From a virus (taxonomy: Duplodnaviria > Caudoviricetes): a DNA stretch of 37,046 nt. The stretch is from IMG/VR virus record IMGVR_UViG_3300022695_000008, positions 1 through 37,046 of that record. One strand, 5' to 3'. Below the pieces are notes generated by a model. That model did no database searches. It was given only the letters and a program-made list of their open reading frames with translations, and was not told where the DNA came from. Shown piece after piece: positions 33,889 through 37,046 of the stretch (within the stretch, counting starts at the first letter, position 1; every line of letters begins with the position of its first letter). The position numbers and the translations under genes were made by a program.

Positions 33889-35016
33889 ATGGGCGCCTTG
33901 CCATTAACACCAGAAGAAGAACAGCGAACGCGCGAAGCTCTAAGCCGCCACGACACAATAACAGCGGCGGCTGACGAACTAGGTATTCCTCGCACCACGT
34001 TGACGTCCCGCGCCAAGCGGCTATCACAAGAGCAAGTGGCGCATTGCGACGTGTTCGGTCTTCCACACGCGCAGCTAAAAGGCGGATGGTTTAAAAACGA
34101 CGACGTGTCGTTCCGGTTTACGGTGCCTGAAGACAGCCAGACCCATGATGATTACGTGAAGTCCATCAAAGACGCCCTAAGCGCCAACGTGGGGGCCTCC
34201 GTACCAACTGCGCCTCCTGTATCACAAGACGCCCTATTAACCCGCTATGTAATCGCAGACCTACACTTTGGGATGATGTCTTGGGGTGAGCAAACCGGAC
34301 AAGATTACGATTTGAAAATTGCGGCTCGGTATCTTAACGACAGCATCACGACACTGCTTGACGCAACACCAAACAGCAACACCGCCTTGATATTAAATAT
34401 TGGCGATACGTTTCACGCTAACGACAGCAAAAACGAAACGCCGGGATCCGGTCACCAGCTAGACGTTGACGGGCGGTTTCCCAAGATTGCGCTTGCCACC
34501 ACAAAGGCCATCAGGCGCGTAATTGACATGGCTTTAACCAAGCATGCGCATGTGGAATATATCGGCATTCAGGGCAACCATGATCCAGACCAGACGCATT
34601 GGCTCAATATCGCTTTGATGATGCATTACGAGGGTAATCCCCGTGTGACCGTCCGATGGAACCCTACGGACTTTTTTAGCATGGTTTGGGGCCGAAATCT
34701 CCTAACCGCGCACCACGGCGACAAGGCTAAGTTCGAGCGGCTGGCAATGTTTATCGCTGACCACTTTGCAAAAGATTGGGGCCGAACCTATTGGCGGTTT
34801 TGTGATACAGGGCATATCCACCACGAAAGCGAAAAAGACGTTGGTGGCGTGAAGTTCCGCTCCTACCGAACAATCGCAGCACGTGACGCGTACGCTTTCA
34901 GCCATGCCTATTCAGCCCGCCAAACATTAACCGCGATAACGGTCGATAAAGAGCAAGGCGAAATTTCCGAACATCACGTTAACATTTACCCAGAGGCACC
35001 AAATGGACAGAATTGA
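33889..35016 (+). CDS. calcineurin-like metallophosphoesterase with N-terminal HTH
   Basis: AAADELGIPRTTL HTH; ADLH, GDTFH, GNHD, HHGD, GHIHH. Confidence 0.88.
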   Translation: MGALPLTPEEEQRTREALSRHDTITAAADELGIPRTTLTSRAKRLSQEQVAHCDVFGLPHAQLKGGWFKNDDVSFRFTVPEDSQTHDDYVKSIKDALSANVGASVPTAPPVSQDALLTRYVIADLHFGMMSWGEQTGQDYDLKIAARYLNDSITTLLDATPNSNTALILNIGDTFHANDSKNETPGSGHQLDVDGRFPKIALATTKAIRRVIDMALTKHAHVEYIGIQGNHDPDQTHWLNIALMMHYEGNPRVTVRWNPTDFFSMVWGRNLLTAHHGDKAKFERLAMFIADHFAKDWGRTYWRFCDTGHIHHESEKDVGGVKFRSYRTIAARDAYAFSHAYSARQTLTAITVDKEQGEISEHHVNIYPEAPNGQN

Positions 35017-35272
35017 TCTGCTAAACAAGGCGATTGAATTAACCGGCGGCGACCGCATGAAAAGCTATGGCCCGCCTGTTGAAAATCACGAGCGTATTGC
35101 GGCTATTTACAGCGCCGTCACCGACAATCTGGTGAGCGCGTCCGACGTTGCTACGATGTTAATGTGCGTGAAACTCGCACGAATACAAACCGACCCAATG
35201 CTGGCCGATAGCTACGTTGATTTGATGGCTTACGCTGGCATTGCTTTTGAATGTACGGAGGCTGAACAATGA
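35003..35272 (+). CDS. DUF6378-type protein
   Basis: GDR..SYG.P.EN.ERIA, DVA.ML..VKLAR, DSYVDL.AYA. Confidence 0.82.
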   Translation: MDRIDLLNKAIELTGGDRMKSYGPPVENHERIAAIYSAVTDNLVSASDVATMLMCVKLARIQTDPMLADSYVDLMAYAGIAFECTEAEQ

Positions 35273-35865
35273 AACGATTAATCTTAGCGGTGGCTTTATT
35301 GTTGCCAACAGCGGCCTTGGCGGGCGTTGACTTTGACCTTAAATCCAACACGCTCACAATCAGCGGGCCAACGACAGGCTGGCAGGCAATACAGGTCGCG
35401 GGCTACGTGGCGTCTGGCAAGGTGCAGCGCGTCATTATGTGGGGAGACGGCGGGGATTATTACGCTGGTCTAACCATTGGCCGCATTCTTAGCGAGGTTC
35501 ACCCGCTGGTGATCATTCCCGGCGGCAAGCGTTGCATAAGTGCCTGCGCGTTCGCGGCGCTCGGCGGCAAGTTCGTGGTGGTTAACGGCACCATGTTGTT
35601 TCACCGACCGTATCTTACACAAGTCAGCACACGGCTAGGGCTTGAAGCTGTAGCGGGTGTTTTCGGCAAGGCGTACATCGACGCGGTGGATTACGTGGTG
35701 CGGATGGGTTACCCTATTGACTTCGCGCGCAACGTCATCAATGACACTTCACCTTGCCGTTTTATGGTGGTGACACGCACGGAACAGTTACGATCCATGC
35801 GCGGCGGTGTTTTGGATAAGGTTCGCAAGGCATACACAATCGAAGATCACTGCCCTAAGCCTTAG
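35269..35865 (+). CDS. exported ClpP/crotonase-fold protein
   Basis: Signal peptide MKRLILAVALLLPTAALA; GDGG, CISAC....LGG, FHRP. Confidence 0.65.
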   Translation: MKRLILAVALLLPTAALAGVDFDLKSNTLTISGPTTGWQAIQVAGYVASGKVQRVIMWGDGGDYYAGLTIGRILSEVHPLVIIPGGKRCISACAFAALGGKFVVVNGTMLFHRPYLTQVSTRLGLEAVAGVFGKAYIDAVDYVVRMGYPIDFARNVINDTSPCRFMVVTRTEQLRSMRGGVLDKVRKAYTIEDHCPKP

Positions 35866-36302
35866 CTAGGTTTGTTCCCCATTAGCCAACGGGCGGCGTC
35901 TTGCCAATCGTCTTGCCTGCTAAGGTCCGGCTGGTGTGCCATCATCCACATGTAGGCTTCTTTGCGGTCGGCCCATTTTAACCACGCGGTCTCCTGCGGT
36001 GTTAGATCGTAGGTGATCCCCATTGCATCCATGGCGTCTTGTTCTGCCTCTTTGTGTGCCGCTGCAATCTTGGGTTGGGTTTTTTTAAACACGGCGGACA
36101 AATCACCAACAATCAACTCCCCCGCATCGTGCAGCAGAGCCGCATAGAGCAACTCTTTCGACGGGTTGGGATGCTCAGCAAGGACAATCACAGCCACGCC
36201 CCACTGGTGTTGTGCAAGCGTCTGGTTGCTATCCACAAGGTCGGGGTTACAGTGCCAGCGACGTACCCGCCCTGATCGGTAAACTGTTGGTAGGTCAATC
36301 AT
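35862..36302 (-). CDS. HD-domain phosphohydrolase (YfbR/DatZ-like)
   Basis: Start reassigned to ATG 36302; VRRWH, QTLAQH, ALLHDAGE..GD, ADRKEA. Confidence 0.85.
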   Translation of the reverse strand: MIDLPTVYRSGRVRRWHCNPDLVDSNQTLAQHQWGVAVIVLAEHPNPSKELLYAALLHDAGELIVGDLSAVFKKTQPKIAAAHKEAEQDAMDAMGITYDLTPQETAWLKWADRKEAYMWMMAHQPDLSRQDDWQDAARWLMGNKPS

Positions 36303-36708
36303 TCTCTGTCTCCTTTGGTGGTGCAGGCATGGGCATCCAGTGGGTTGGGTTCCAACCGGATTCCTCAAATGTTTCCTCATGCCATTCATCATCCCTCCAA
36401 CTTAGGAGAAGGAACCCTCCAGCATAACCTAGTATCTCCGTCCCATCCTTCGGCGCAGTCTCTATTGGCTGCCAAGGATCGGTGCGGGTGCCCCATGCTT
36501 GCGCGGCTTCGTTCGCTGCGTTCTGTATCCGCTCAACAGGTGTGTTACCTGTATGATCGTCACGGGTGTAAGTGTCATCGTCATTCCACCCAGCGGTATG
36601 ATGCGAGGCTTTGCCCGCACAAGCCACAGCACTGAGAATTTTGTCTACAGCGTCAACCCCTGTCGGCTCAAATTCATAATAATAAGCATCCATTCTACGG
36701 TCAGTCAT
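36295..36708 (-). CDS. DUF551-like phage protein
   Basis: Start ATG 36708; WQPIETAPKDGTEIL...PTHWMPMPAPP. Confidence 0.8.
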   Translation of the reverse strand: MTDRRMDAYYYEFEPTGVDAVDKILSAVACAGKASHHTAGWNDDDTYTRDDHTGNTPVERIQNAANEAAQAWGTRTDPWQPIETAPKDGTEILGYAGGFLLLSWRDDEWHEETFEESGWNPTHWMPMPAPPKETEND

Positions 36709-36859
36709 TGGTTTGTTCCTTCGGTTTGGTGCGCGTTTTTCCGCACCCTCGGCATATCTGTTGGCCCACGCCATACGGATCAAACTCGGCCCAGTAATGC
36801 CCCTCGGCAGCGCAAGCCTCGTCAAATTTCTTGGTTAGGCGTTCGACAATATCGTTCAT
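36701..36859 (-). CDS. small Zn-binding hypothetical protein (52 aa), absent from the ORF track
   Basis: MNDIVERL...C...GH.W...ICRGCG; AAGGAG RBS, ATGA overlap. Confidence 0.6.
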   Translation of the reverse strand: MNDIVERLTKKFDEACAAEGHYWAEFDPYGVGQQICRGCGKTRTKPKEQTND

Positions 36860-37046
36860 GCTTCTGGCTCCTTGACTAGGGATAGGATAACAAGGGCGAT
36901 CTCCATTGCTTCGTTGGGTCCGAACCTTTCGATCTCATACTCTGAAACCACCTCTGCTACCTCACGCAGCGCATCGTTACGGGCTGTTTGCAGGGCCTCG
37001 TAATGCTCCTGTGCTTGGCCTAGAGCCGCCAGTTCGCGCAGTTGGG
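36856..37046 (-). CDS. hypothetical protein, partial (enters from right edge)
   Basis: Open frame QLRELAALG...ARNDALREVAE...KEPEA-stop. Confidence 0.55.
   Translation of the reverse strand, partial: QLRELAALGQAQEHYEALQTARNDALREVAEVVSEYEIERFGPNEAMEIALVILSLVKEPEA

Noticed and set aside
35862-36302. Z-genome (2-aminoadenine) pathway
   Set aside because: The HD protein is DatZ-like, but no PurZ homologue is visible in the window.
36866-36880. GGCTCCTTGACTAGG as a third copy of the late 17-mer
   Set aside because: It needs an insertion, lies antisense to local genes, and is explained by the AAGGAG RBS of the 36859 gene.

Overview
This window looks like most or all of the genome of a tailed dsDNA phage with podovirus architecture: P22-type portal, gp10-like tail hub, three ejection proteins and no tape measure. 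The host is probably an alphaproteobacterium, which is an inference from the GTA-type 3TM holin and the CTTGAC/TTGACA promoters. The leftward arm (1-6258) carries a Sak4-like ATPase, SSB, YqaJ exonuclease, beta-class DNA methyltransferase, RadD-like SF2 helicase, VRR-NUC nuclease and small genes. A divergent Cro-like HTH gene heads a coupled operon of a PAPS-reductase-like Cys-rich protein, a nucleoside deoxyribosyltransferase-like protein and a PrimPol-helicase, followed by an iteron-rich, AT-rich putative origin. Next come small early genes, packaging/head/tail genes (including an LPD23 zincin protein and an antisense HNH-AP2 endonuclease), lysis genes and nucleotide-related enzymes (metallophosphoesterase, DUF6378, HD hydrolase). 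No integrase, replicative DNA polymerase, tRNA or CRISPR array was seen. The best leads are: (1) the PAPS-reductase-like plus NDT-like cassette as a candidate nucleotide/DNA modification module; (2) a two-hairpin RNA leader before terS whose loop is complementary to the RBS of a 27-aa hydrophobic early peptide; (3) a boxA-like 17-mer just downstream of two late promoters; (4) the palindromic iteron origin. All family calls come from motifs recognised by eye; no searches were run.
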